Translations under genes and position numbers: made by a program
From: Vicugna vicugna
Lineage: Eukaryota
Assembly (NCBI GenBank): GCA_013265495.1
Contig: MU058065.1
Span: 3,389,003-3,453,002 of the forward strand
Reading direction: 5' to 3'
Length of the DNA: 64,000 nucleotides
Part shown: piece after piece, positions 13,752 to 26,661 of the stretch
How the letters are laid out: each line of letters opens with the position of its first letter
How positions within the stretch are numbered: the stretch's first letter is position 1
Notes under the pieces: generated by a model
What the model saw: only the letters and a program-made list of their open reading frames with translations
The model's database searches: none
What the model was told of the DNA's origin: nothing

Positions 13752-16609
13752 AAAGAACTTGGGTTTAAATCCCAGCTCCGCCACCCTCTCTGTGCCTCTC
13801 CTCAACTACAGAAATCAGAACGCCCACCTTACAGAGTTGTGGAAATGAAATGCATCAGTGCACGTGGAGCATGTGGAGCATTCGGAACAGAGTCTGGCAC
13901 ATGGAGAGGGAATGAAGTTGCTGACGGTGAGAAGAGTGATGACTGTTGCACCTTATCGGGCACTAAGCCACCACCGCTAGGCAGAAGCTTCCACGCATAC
14001 CTGCTCCCACGCTCAATGAACATGAGAACATATTCTTAAACCAATGTACTGTTATTCTTTTCGTTCTTTTCCTTTTAGGGGCTTTGTAGCGCCGTGAGAC
14101 TAAAACCTGAGGCATAAAGCTGCTGAGACAGCAGTCAGCGAAAAACAAAGCAGCACTGGATCCTTTCCCCTCTGATAAGAGAAGGAAGAACTGTGGCATC
14201 TAGAGGGGCTGCGCTTCACGGGCAGCCCAGGGCTCAGCCGCTCAGATATCTGTTCTGCAGGTTTCGAGCCAGCCACAGATAATGCAGAGGGCGGAGGCAG
14301 TTCAGACGCATCAGCATACTTTTTTACATACTTATTAGACTAGACAAGGAGGCAGCTGGATGGTGCCATGCGTGGTCATAGGTGTTCTCTATTAATACGA
14401 CTTTCAAAATATGCACCACCAGTAGGGTGAGGAACAGATTATCCTTTCTGTGTAAGCCGCATGAAGAAAATACACCAAGCATTTTATAGGATATGTTTCC
14501 TCCTTCAAAGCATCCCCCAGATGATTGATTTCATAGGTATTCTGAAAATTGCTCCTGGGGTGTCGTTGAAGTGGGGAGTTTTGGTTTGTTAAGTCTCTGA
14601 TTCCAGCTTCTTTTTTCTCCCCGCTCTTCTCTTAAATACGGTTTTTATTCATTTGCTACTTTTTACTAAAAGAGAAGAAATTGAGGCAGAGGTGAAATTC
14701 CAATTCATTAAGAGAACAAGAATGCATTATGCATTTGGCATTTTCTATGTTAGGAAAGAAATTGGCAAAAAAGGTTGATAATTATAAATCAATACAGAGT
14801 AAACCTTACATGGTTTTAAAAAAATAGAAAGTGTCACCCTGTTTACCCAGAGAGCTCTCAGCACTGACTGGAGAAATCCTTCCGTCAGAGTTTGAGTTCC
14901 AGGAGACGCTGGGAGGCCAGAGAGAAAGGAAAGGTTCTTCCTGTGTCTGTCTTTCTCCTCTAACACGACCAAGGCTTGGCACCCCACCCCCAGCTTCCCA
15001 GAAGTCAGGCTTGGGGGGTCAGGGGGCATGGCATCGGAGGTGGAACCTCGCCTTCTGGTTCCAGCGAGGTGGTCTGCCAGCCACGTCTCCCTCAATACAC
15101 CTTTTGTTTAAGAGAATGACAGCATCAATAAGCAATTTCATTTCCACCTGAATCATTATGGACCCTGGCTGAAACAGAACTCTTCCTGTTTCGGGAATCC
15201 GTCTGCCTGTCTGTGGATAACAATTGTTTTATCCCCAGTTACGCCCAGTTGGCTTCAAACTGATGCTATTGGTAGAAAATGGCAGCCTAGATGACTATGC
15301 GGAAAACAGAACGAGAAAAGAAGGATGGCTGAGAGGAGGCAGCAATTTTTGATGCTGCAGGAGACAACACTGTTTACATTTAATATTATTTTTCTTGAGT
15401 GGTGAATGATCACTTTCAGACTGAAGCATGTGAAACTGACAATATTCTATCATTTTTTGATCTACAAAATAGCAATGTCTAATGGTTTCACACATGCATA
15501 CGGAGGTTCTCATTTTAAAAGAGGAATTCTGTGGCCTTCAGTCCGTGTTTGAACTTGGAGAGAAGCTCAGCCTTCTCCTTGCTGGCAGGGCTGAGGATAG
15601 GAAGAGTGCCCTGCATCCTGAGTTATGACCCACAGAGATACACTTACTATGACCCACAGGTAACTGGCTTTTTAAAAGTTAGTTGCCAGAATTTTCAGAC
15701 TCCCTAGAATTCATACTTCTTTTGAGACTCAAAGTCTGGCAGGAGTGCAAGTTCCCACAGGCCCAGTGAAAAGAATCAGCTGGTTCTCCTGAGGGGCTGC
15801 CTCTTCAGGGCTGGCGTGTGTCTTCGACACTCATCCAAGTCCCAGATCTGACCATCTCTGCATTTCACCTGGCCCAGGCGGGCTTTTCGGTCCAAGGTTG
15901 TTAGTGTTCATGTGTCCTCACCCAGAATCCCACAGACACGTTAACCAGGAGCCCTCTTCCCTTCTCTGCAGACCAGCCTCCCTTGTCTTTCAGAGAAAGT
16001 CCATTTGGTTAGAAGCACCAGAGGGGCAGAAAGGAAGAGAGACAAGACAGAGAGCGTTGTTGGAAGGCAGCATCTGCAGGAATCGCAGAAACAAGAACAT
16101 GTTTACAAAATGTCCACAGACGGGAATTCCATAACCTGTCTCTCTAATCCAGTCCTAATGTTCAGCAGCGTTCACCGTCAGGAAATTCTACCACAAATAA
16201 CCCAAATCCTTCATGCAGCTTAAATCCATTTCCTCTTACTCTCTGTTCACTGGAGATGGGGAACAGCTGGTCACCATTCTCTGTACTAAGTTCTTTGTCA
16301 ACTAGAAGATTGGATTCTGGCTCTGGATCACTGTCATCACTAGGATCTGACCAGTTTCATATTGTGCCGTCTGCAAAAGCATGTCAAATGGGAAGATAAA
16401 ATTTTGTGCATGCTGTGCTTCAGAAACGTGCATCAGGGGAACACAATCCCTTGCCATGCCACCAGGCTGCTCACAGTTTATAAACGTGTGAACGTGAGGT
16501 TTCTGCGTGGAAAAAAAATTACATTTTTCTGAGGCTAGTTCTGCAATGTGAGCATAACATCAAATCATGCAAAGGTTCTCTAAAAGCCACCAAAAGAAAC
16601 AATACACAG

Positions 16610-16850
16610 AGCAAGCATTTATTAAGGGCTTTCCGTGCTCCCATCACCTGTATTATCTCAGATGCTCTTCACAATGAGACACTAAGGCAGGAATTAGGAA
16701 TAGTCTTGCTCTGCAGGTAAGGACACTTAGACACACAGAGGCTACCTTGTCCAACTTTATACACCTGTGAGTGAGAGAGTCAGCATTCACACCCAAGCCA
16801 CTGGAGCCCAGAGACTTTGACCCCTCCACCATCTCTCCATCCTGCACATA
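16610..16850 (-). mobile_element. MIR SINE
   Basis: GCATTTATTAAG...TAAGGACACTTAGACACACAGAGG...ATTCACACCCAAG resembles the reverse MIR consensus. Confidence 0.6.
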
Positions 16851-17689
16851 AAGCTGGTGCTGGTGAGCCCAGGCAGCTCACGACATGGAATGTAGTCCCT
16901 GTGTTTCAGTAACCCATGGCGAGCGGAGCCTAAGAAGCCACGGCAAAAAATCAGGTGGCCGGTCTCTGATATGAGACACAGGCAAAATTCAAAGGAGTTT
17001 GATGCTACTGAGATTGAATTCTTCTCATCTACCGAGATCCTGGGTCTCAACTTAGATGCAGACATCAAGTGGTCCCCCAGTTCCCAGCTGGATGACTTCC
17101 CATGTATGTGCTCTGGAGCCTGCCTTGGATCAGACGACCTGGCCACTTCGGATTCTGGCCGGCTGGCCTCAGTGTCCCTGGCAATAAAGAGGTGAAGATG
17201 AAGTTGCTTCCTGGTATGTTTCCTCACCACACTTATTTCTACCTGACATTATTTGTTTCTCTGGTTACCATTTTGCCTCCTTCACTAGCCTGTAAGCTCA
17301 ACAGTGAAGGGGCTTGTCTGCCTCATTCGCCATTGTACCCCAGTGCCGAGTTCAGCACATGGTAAGCACTGGTTAATATTTGGAGAATGACTAAGTTATC
17401 ATTAGGAGGATTAGATGAAAACAACTGTATAAAATTTAATAAGTATTAGTTCTCCCCACTTACAGTTTTCTCCTTCAAGCTCAATAATCTGTGGTTAAAC
17501 TTGGTCTTATGCGTCTGATTTATCATCTTTCATTCCCTCTATGGTTATGCAGTGATCATTCCAACTTTCTCTTCTATTATGCAGCCTTGGCCTGGATACC
17601 AGGGTTCCTTGCAGCCCAGAGAAATACATCCCAAATGTCCCAGTAACTCAGTTTTTCAAAGCATAGCATTCGAGAAGTCATGAATTGCT

Positions 17690-18180
17690 TTCTAGATACC
17701 AACCATCCCCTTTTGGCTTGTTAGCAAAACCCAGACTCAGATCTGACTTTGGGCAATAGGGCAAATCAATCTGGACAATTCTACTTTTTCCTTTCCCAGA
17801 TTTGCAATTAGAGGTGGACATGTGACATAGTCTAGCCAGTGAGAAGTAAGGAGGTGAGGGGGAGCTGATGGGTAAGTTTTTGTTTTCTTTGCAAATAGGA
17901 TAGGGCCAGCTGTCATTATTTCCACCTTCTTTCTAACTTGAGCATGGCTATGATGCCAGGAGCAACAGCAGCCATCTTAGCATCATGGGACAATAAGCCA
18001 ACAAGCTAAGGATGGAGGAGCAAAAAGATATAAGCAGCATGAGTCCTTGATGATATTGTGAAGCCACTGAATAAATATCAGCATTCACCAACTCCAGACC
18101 TCTTATTACAGGAGAAAAATAAAACTCTCAAGCAACTATTAACAGGATTTCCTGTTACCTATAACAAAAGATATTTACCT
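17690..18180. mobile_element. MLT1-type (ERVL-MaLR) solo LTR
   Basis: GCAATTAGAGGTGGACATGTGACATAGTCTAGCCAGTGAGA...GGAGCAACAGCAGCCATCTT...GATGGAGGAGCAAAAAGAT. Confidence 0.7.
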
Positions 18181-21100
18181 GATCTACTATCTTCCTTCAA
18201 AACTATAACTCTTCCTTTTTCCATATCTTCTCATTTATGTCAGTAACATAATCATCATGCCCCAAATTTTTAGGGTCAAAATGCTGAGTTATCTTTGGAT
18301 ACAAGAGGCAAAGAAGGTGTCCATCTTCAAGTCTTGCCCATCTTCAAAATGTCTCCATGAAGTCAACAAGGATATGCACACAGATAGTCATTATAGTGGT
18401 TACATGAACAGAAAAAATGGAAATGACCTTCGTTGACTGGCAAAAATAAATCATGGCAAATAATGAATAGAAAATAGAAATTATGTAGTCATTAAAATAT
18501 TATAAACAAATATTTGTTGACATGGGACGAAGCTCAAGATATGTTAAATTGGAAAAATCAGGTTGGAAAACAGTAATTTTGCTAAAGATGCGTCTAACAT
18601 AGGCTAGAAAAGGTGTCAAGAAAGGTATACCTTGAAATGGTAACAACGAATATGCCACCACCTCCAATGGCTCCCCCACTTCATCTCTCACCATTTCAAC
18701 CTATTCTGTACTCAGCCCCCAAATTAACTTTTCTCATCACCTGCATTCTTCATGCCATCCTCCTGTTTAAAAGGAACAGTGACTAGTTCTTGAGAATTAG
18801 GCCTCCTGAATCCTCAGCCTAGCATTTGAGAACAGAGTGAGTAACCAAATAACCACCTTTAGTTTTCACTTTTGCCTCTGCTTTTGTCAGTCTGGTTTCC
18901 TAAGTGTTCCTTCCACATGGGACATTCATTCCCACCACCAGTCCTTTACTCTGTGGTTCCCTCCTTCTGGAACATTCTCTCCATCTCCTCTGACAACAAT
19001 AATCCTCTTCATTCTTCAAAACCCACGACAGCTTTCCTCTCCAGTCTTGTTCAGGGAGGAAGCTCATGGGCTGGTGAGGGGATGAGGCAGGTGGTGAATT
19101 CACCTAAGCCTGGTGTTAGGAGGAGTCAGAGAGGGCAATGCTCAAGGCTCCCTCTGATCAGCAGTCATCAGCCTTTTCCATGCATACTCCCACCAACAGC
19201 AGGGTCTCTCCCCTGGGGACCACTACCTACATCAGAGTATCGAGCAGGGCATCCCAGTCTCCAGGGCAGCACCCAGGAGAGGTGGCTCCTACCATTTCTG
19301 AGGATGTCCTGAGGATTTCTACCCTGGGAGCCCTGGCCATTCTCCTTTTCCCTGGAATTTTCTAGACCAGGAGCAGCAAATTCCAAGGCCTACATGGATC
19401 AAGCAAGTGATGTAAGCCAACAAAGCAATTGCAGGTATGGGATAAGATGGGGTGGGAGCCTGCTGTGGTTCAGGGAGGCAACTACAACTAACTGGGAGCC
19501 AGCCTCTTATGGTTGTGCACGAATGCAAGCAGGTGCTGCTCTGTCTCCCATTTTCTTAGAAAACAGAAACCAGAAAATCCAGAAAGATCTGACTAGCAAA
19601 ATCATCTGTGAACAAAGCATGTGTGTGTGGCCAGCATTCATTCCTTCTGCTTTGCAGTTAAAGGAGAGCCACCACCCCAGGCAAGGCCAGGTCCCAGCAG
19701 TGGTGGTTAGTTACCATCTTCACTCTACATGGGATGACTATGACCCATGTAGGGCCCTAAAGGGGTGGTTATTCTCAAAATCCCGCACATAGTCAATGGA
19801 AAAGAGGATCACAGAGGCCCTCCTTTTTCCCATTACTGAATAGTTAATACTCTCCTGGGGTGCGGCTCGGCCAGAGATAGACAAGAGTCTTAATACCCAC
19901 ATGCTCAAAGCTTTATCTTATTACTCATGTGTACAATTTCTTTTCCCACTTTTAAATTCTCTTAAACAATATTCTAGTCTTAAGCATGAAATCTGTATGT
20001 CACGTGTGTAATAAAAAAAACTCTTAAGAATTTTTTCCCCATATGATGTCCACATTTACAGTTTTCTAAAACCTGAGAATGTCAGCTGTTCTAATTCTTT
20101 ATTTGGTAAGTTTCAAATCCCCTTAGTGGTTCCAACAGAAATCTTAGAAGCATCCTCTTTCAAAATGTTCTTTTAGAGTTTTCTTATGGGGAATGAGGGA
20201 ATCCGAGAAAGAAAGTCCTTGTTGAATTGAACTTTGATGATCTTTGAGAATTTGTCCTTTCCCCTCAGGTGATGCTCATCTGTTTCCCTGTCTCCCCTGA
20301 CAGCTGGGATCTCTTCCAGGGCAGGACCTGCAGGCACATCCTTTGTTGAGAGCTCAGGGTGTGACCTAGAGTCTGACTCACTGTTAGGTGCTTCAGATAT
20401 GTTGACTGGACGTCAACATATATGAGGGGAAGCAGGACCTGGGAAAGGATTTTTACGGCATATGATTAGGTGCCACAAACCATGAGAAGAAAGGAATGCA
20501 AAATTTAATATGTTTCCATGCAATTATTGAAAGCATAAGATTGCCCCAGATTTTACAGTAGAAGCCATTCCAAAGTGGCATAGAAAGATTTGCACTACGT
20601 GTGCCAACACTCCTCCTCCCCTACCACCCACCCATGCCCTGCCATAACAGGTGAGATTCATTCCAGCAGATACCCACTGGATTAAAAATAGCAATAGGAG
20701 GAGCCGGGGGAGCAGCACTGTTGGTGGCCAGATGACAGAAACGATGGTAAAAATAGTTAGCGTTCAAGGGCTTACTAGGTGCCAGACACAGTGTGATCCA
20801 CGTTCCCACTATTTTATTTACTCAGAACTCTAGGAGGTACGTGTGCCCTGATTATTCTCTCCATCCCTCAATGTTTCACAGATAAGGAAACCAAGGCGGT
20901 ACAGCTTATGTGATACGTCCAAGGTGACCCACTTTGCAAGTGTACGAAGTAAAGCACCATCCTAGCCCCCTCCTTACGCAGCCTCCCCACACAGACACGG
21001 AACATACAGGCCTTCTGCCGGGGCATGGGCGGCCGTGAACTGCACAATAAGGTTGTCCAATATTTTTTCTGTGTTTAGGAAAATGAAGAATATTATTTTG

Positions 21101-23324
21101 AAAAAAAATGTATCATTCGTTTAGGTTTTGAAATTAATGATTATGTTTTGTTTTAAAATAAAATTAGGTACTTACTCAGTTAAGAACCACATCAAACATT
21201 TGGTAATGGTAGTTGTGATGCTCTAAATCCAGTCCTAACTTAGGATCCTTTAACTTTAATCACGGTCCTCAGATAAAGAGGAACCAAGATTCAACATAAA
21301 ATATGCCCGAGATATTGTCATCAGGTAACCGAAGAGCTAAAAACCACTTACAATTGTTTGGATCTACAACGATAAAAAGAGATCTTCCAAAACATCTTGT
21401 CAAGAAACAACAAAAAGGGTAGAGGGATAGCACACAACATCTGCTTTTCTTAAGACTTCCCTGAGCGCTCCAAAGAATACATTTTTGGCCAAGGTAAAAA
21501 GAGATCTTTTTGAGGCCAAAATCTTTCAATGCATTGATAAATTTCCACTAGTTTAGAAGAACGTTATGTATTTTAAGCTCTTGGCATCTCACATGGTTGT
21601 TTGGACAGAGCAGGAAAAGGTGTCCTGTAATTTCACACGGGGTCCTTACATGGACACGTGGAGGAAGCCATACTGTAGTATTTAAGAAGGCTTTGGAGTA
21701 CTTCACATACTTTAATGAATATTCCCTAAGGTAAGGATCATGACCAATACAGCTGATCTTTGGGACCTTGTTACAAACATGCCAATGGTAATTATTAAAA
21801 AAAAATTCTTACATGGAACAATGTTAGTAATCTTAGTAATTAATATTCCTCAAAAGAACAGAATATCCTCCTAGGAGAATTTTTTTCTATAAAATAGTAA
21901 TGGTTTAATTTTCTCTAAACATAAAACTACTACCTTCTCTTGTAAACAAAACCATGCAGAAAATACAGAAAAGCATAAGAAAAATTTTAAATGTCCAGAG
22001 AGAACCACTGGTAAGATTGGGTTCATCACGCCGGATCCTTTAAGCATGTTTTTTCACAATTAACTAACTGGAGCTACAATTTGTGTATTTAATAAAAATG
22101 TTCAAGACCAAAAAAAAATTGTTCAAATATATGCATATACAGTTTTTAAAACTGATTATAAGTATCATTTTTTATATTTCCCTTTTTTTCGGTTGAACAA
22201 TATATCATGGATGTGTCTCCATGTCTAGAAATATATGGAATTTTAATAACTCTGAAGATACCCTTTGGATATTATGATTAAGTTTTTCCCTGTGTAGAAC
22301 ACAGTTGAAAAAAAACTTTTACAACTAGATATTTGACAAATACTCTCTGGTGATGAAAACTACCTGTGGGGGACAAGCATAAATCTAGTATATAGGTGCA
22401 GAGGGTCCACCACTAGGGGAGTGGATACTGTTGATCTTGAGACTAGGAAAAGCAGCTATTAAAACATGAGTTTGTGAGTTTCTACCGAGCTTCCCTTGCC
22501 ACAGCCTTGGCCTTTGCCACTTGGAGTCCAATTGAAACAAAGAGGGCTCTTCTTTACTTTTTATGTATATCAGAGACCACGCTCTCTTTTATCATTTTGA
22601 ATTTTACAATGTTCAGCTATTCTCAGTGAAATTACACACAGGCAAAGTAAACCTCAAAAATTATATTTTAAGCTAAATAATCTCTTCGTTTTGGTTTACA
22701 CTGTTCCAGCTAAAGCCATGCTGCAGGGAACAAAAATAAATGAAACAGTAGAAACGGGAGTGTAGACCTCAGATGGCTCTTTCAAGATGTCTCGTGGTTC
22801 AAGAAAGACAAGAATGTCTGACTCCAGGAGCCCTAGGGCTGAATGCAGATGCTCCGTGCTGGGTAAGGAGGAGGTTGAAGATTTTAAGCGTGTTTGTAGA
22901 CAGAGAAAAAATGACAGCTGAAAGGGGACTGAAGACTTGATGTGTGAATTTGACCTACTTTGCAACACCAACCTGAAGTCACTTAACAGAAAACAACAAA
23001 AATATGTTTTAATGCAAAAATCCTGCAGTTATAAAACAAGTCAGATGAACTAAAGTTAAGGGCAAACTTTTTCTGACCCTCCAACATTTCTCTGTGTTCT
23101 CCCTGGGCAGGTAGCCGGGGCCAGTGAGCAGGGGGTGTACAATCAACCGCTGTAGCTCTGGAAGAAGACACAGCAGCATGGCTGGCTCAAGAGGCGCCTC
23201 AGAGGAAAATCTTCCAAAGGGTGTTTTGCATTTCCTGGGTTTCCTGCAGTGTGCTGACTGCTGTCAGTGTAAGCTGTGAGAAGGATGACAGGACCAATTT
23301 TTATAAGGCAGTGTTGCTTTTTTA

Positions 23325-24015
23325 AAAAGCTTTTTTATTTTGAAATAACCGTAGATTCACAAGAAATTGCAAAGCTAGTTAAGAGAGGTCCTGTAGACCC
23401 TTCACCCATTTCCTTCCACTGGTTATTTATGTCTCACATAACTACACCTCATAATTACATACCCAAACCAGCAATCTGACGTTGGCACGGTGTGTGTGCA
23501 TAGTTTTATGACAATTTACCACATGTGCAGACTCACTAACCACTACTGTCACTGGGTTATAAATCTTACCTTACCTCAGAGATATCCCTTGTTATAACCC
23601 CCTTAGAGTCATGCCCCCCTTCTTAACCCCTGGCAATCACTAACCTGTTTCCCTAGTTACCATTGTGTCATTTCAGCAATGTTAGATAAATGAAATTAGA
23701 CAGTATGTGATCATTTGAGATCAGCTTTTTCACTCTGCCTAACGCCCTTGGGATCCATCCAAGTTGCTGGGTGCATCAGTGGGTCATTCCTTTTGATTGC
23801 TGGGTAGTGTTCCACAGTATGGATGTATCACAGCTCACAGAGCCATCCATCTAGTGAAGGACTTTTTTGGAGGTTTCTGGTTTGGGGGCTGTGACAAATA
23901 TAGGAGCCATGAAAAATCACGTATGGGCTTTTGTGTGAATAAGTTCTCATATCTCTGGGATAAATGCCCTGGAGTGCAAATGTGGGTGGGTTGCATGGTA
24001 AATGGAGGTTTAGTA
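23325..24015 (-). mobile_element. Old L1 (L1MC/MD-like) 3' region
   Basis: TTTATTTTGAAATAACCGTAGATTCACAAGAAATTGCAAA...CCCTGGCAATCACTAACCTGTT...CATCCAAGTTGCTG...TCTCTGGGATAAATGCCC. Confidence 0.8.
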
Positions 24016-25606
24016 CTAACTTCTTTTTTTTTTTTTTAATATTTATTTTATTTTATTACATACATATATTCATTGTCACATTTAAAGAGTAAATGAATTT
24101 CTCTTTTCAAAAGTGATTTTCCCATCATAGAGGATTTCTCTGGTGAATCAACTGGGCTTCGGGTCAGGAGGGGTGGGCGGGGGGTGGGGGGAAGAAGCAC
24201 TGATCACCAAATAAATTGTTCTAAACCTAAGAGAGAGCATGGGCCTCATTATGACACATGGGCAGCATAATCTATGCAAAGACACCTGTCTATACAGGAA
24301 AATACTCAGGATAAATGTGGTAAGTCCCATTTCCACTTTGCCAATGATACTTGAACAGTAAGCACAAAGAATGCAGGATTAGACCATTTATAGCCAAACA
24401 TGCAAGGAAATTTCAGATTAGGTCCTTCAGGGCCAAAATTTTTGGACAATAAAATATCACCATGGCATCAGATGGATTGAGATCAAAGCAAAGTTAAGTT
24501 ATCAGTGGATGTTAGTCTCTCCTCTCCAAGAGTAATTATTTACACAGGAATATACCACTGAGTAAATATTGGGACTGTTCATTCCAGTCCTTCTATTTGA
24601 GGACCACGGCAAGAAGGCAGTCCTGAAGCCTCCTCAGGAACCCTGCAGCCAGGGAAGACCCAAGGCAGAGAGGATTCAGGGAGGACTCCAAAGTTGTCCG
24701 CCACCCTCGGCAACGTACAACAGAACTAATCCATTTTCCTGTTTCACTGCCATAATATCATAAAGCGGGGAGGTCACACCCTCTAAGAATATATTGCCTT
24801 TCTGGCTCAGAGTTGCCGGGATTATTTGCTTTCCTTAACTCTTTCAGAACCCCCAGCCCCTGCCCAAGGCTACTGAAGGATCACAAGCATTTCACAGGCT
24901 ACAGATTTTGAACCTGACCTGAAAGGAGCAGGCAGAAGGACAAGGGGACGAGGCACGACTTATCTAAACCCACAGATGCTTCCAAGGAATTATCACTCCC
25001 TTTTCTCGCCCTTCTCTCCCTCAGACTCCAAATATTTTCTCTATTTTCTCTTTACAAGGAAAAATCAGAAATACATTGGTTGTCAGCTTATGTTGATGGA
25101 TGTATAATGGAAGATTCAGGTGCACAACGAATAAACTGAGAAAACCATCAAATGTCACTAAGAAAAACACCCCCCACTAAAATCACAGTGGAAAAGTGGG
25201 TACAGTATATGACCAGATCATTCATGAAAAGAATAATACAAGTATCTGCTAAGCATAAGGTAATGACTCAACCTCATTAAAGATAAAAGAAATACAAAAC
25301 TAATAATGAGATGCTTTCATTCCGCTATCAATTTGGCAGATCACTTTAAAAAATGGATGACAAAAAAAAGGGTTAAAAAAATGGATGACAAAATTGGTGA
25401 AAATGTGCAGAGAAACAAGATATTTATGATGCCTCAGAACATCAGCCTACAAGACACTTATTAATTAGAAAGAGAAAAACATTTACCTGGAGGACACCAC
25501 TTCAACACTTCTAAAGGTATGTCAAGTTAAAATTACTGGGAATGGAGTGAGTCAACATTGTGTGCCTCCTGGTATGATGCACTAAAATAGATACAATATC
25601 TTTCTT

Positions 25607-25626
25607 GGGTTAGGGTTAGGGTTAGG
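25607..25626 (+). repeat. Short interstitial telomeric sequence GGG(TTAGGG)2TTAGG
   Basis: Exact GGGTTAGGGTTAGGGTTAGG read directly from the sequence. Confidence 0.9.
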
Positions 25627-26114
25627 TTTTTTTTTTTCCTTTTTGTTTAATATTTAGGAGATTTATTAAAGCATCTTATCACAAAGATGGAAACAAGTAC
25701 ATATCAGAAACATGCAGCCATCATCTTCCACAATCCAGTTAAAATGTTATATATTTTTCCTGTTTTCATAGCTGTAAACTGCAGAACTTACACCCAACTG
25801 GCTCACTCTAAATATTTAATTCATTCTTCCTGAAAGTATCCAGGGCAGCAGATAACCAAAATGCAAACTATTATTTAAAGAAAGTACAAAGCTAAGAAAG
25901 AAAATATGCTGAGAGAAGTCCCTCCCACCCCGCCTCCTCAAAGGCAAACAACAGCACTTTGCTCTGGCTTAACCTGGACTATCTTCAAAAACTATTCAAA
26001 CGTAATATACTGAACAAAACAAAAAATATCCCCAAACCTGACTTTTAATCGATGCCCAGAAAAGTTGTTAGTGTTTGGAAGTAAATCCTTAAACAAAGGA
26101 AAATGTACTAAAAA
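25627..26114 (-). pseudogene. Processed-pseudogene fragment (mRNA 3'UTR retrocopy; parent gene not identified)
   Basis: Poly(T) at 25627-25645, with TTTATT (AATAAA on minus) at 25662-25667 at canonical spacing. ~470 bp of AU-rich, non-repeat-like sequence that splits an old L1. Confidence 0.7.
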
Positions 26115-26661
26115 TCCTGCTAAAAATACAAAACCTGAATGTAACTGTGAGGAAACATCAAACAAATCCCTACTGAGGAATATTATACAGAAAAACTGGC
26201 CTGGACCCTTCAAGAGTCAAAGTCAGGAGAGGCAAAGAAAGGCTGAAGAATTTCCAAATTGTACTGAAGAGACATATCAACTAAATTCAATTAATGACTC
26301 TGAGTTAGACCTAGACTAGCGAAAAGAGATTCATAGAGCAATTCATGAAAATTGAATAAGGCCCGTAGATGACATACTATTTCCTCGTTTTGATAATTGC
26401 ACTGTGATTATATACGATGCTAACATTAGGAGAACATTGGTCAATGGTTCATAGGAATTTTTTGTACTACTTCTGCAAATTTTTCAGAGTCTAAAATGAT
26501 TTCAAAATGAAAGTTAAAAGTAAAAACTTTTTACAGTCAATACTCGATGCTCCCTTTATTAGTAAAAATCAAAGTGTCCATCAACAGGAGAATCAATAAA
26601 CAGTCGTATATTCATGCAATGGATGCTACATGGCATGAAAAGTGTACATCTTACACGATTC

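Larger units (their letters stand above)
25430..26525 (+). mobile_element. Old L1 (L1MC/MD-like) 3'UTR interrupted by a retrocopy at 25607-26114
   Basis: Left arm ...GTGCCTCCTGGTATGATGCACT... resumes as TCCTGCTAAAAATACAAAACCTGAAT...GAGGAAACATCA...AACTGGCCTG, which is contiguous in the recalled consensus. Confidence 0.7.

Noticed and set aside
25627..26114. Naming the parent gene of the retrocopy
   Set aside because: The 3' end looks like a housekeeping-gene UTR, but I cannot assign it reliably without a database search.
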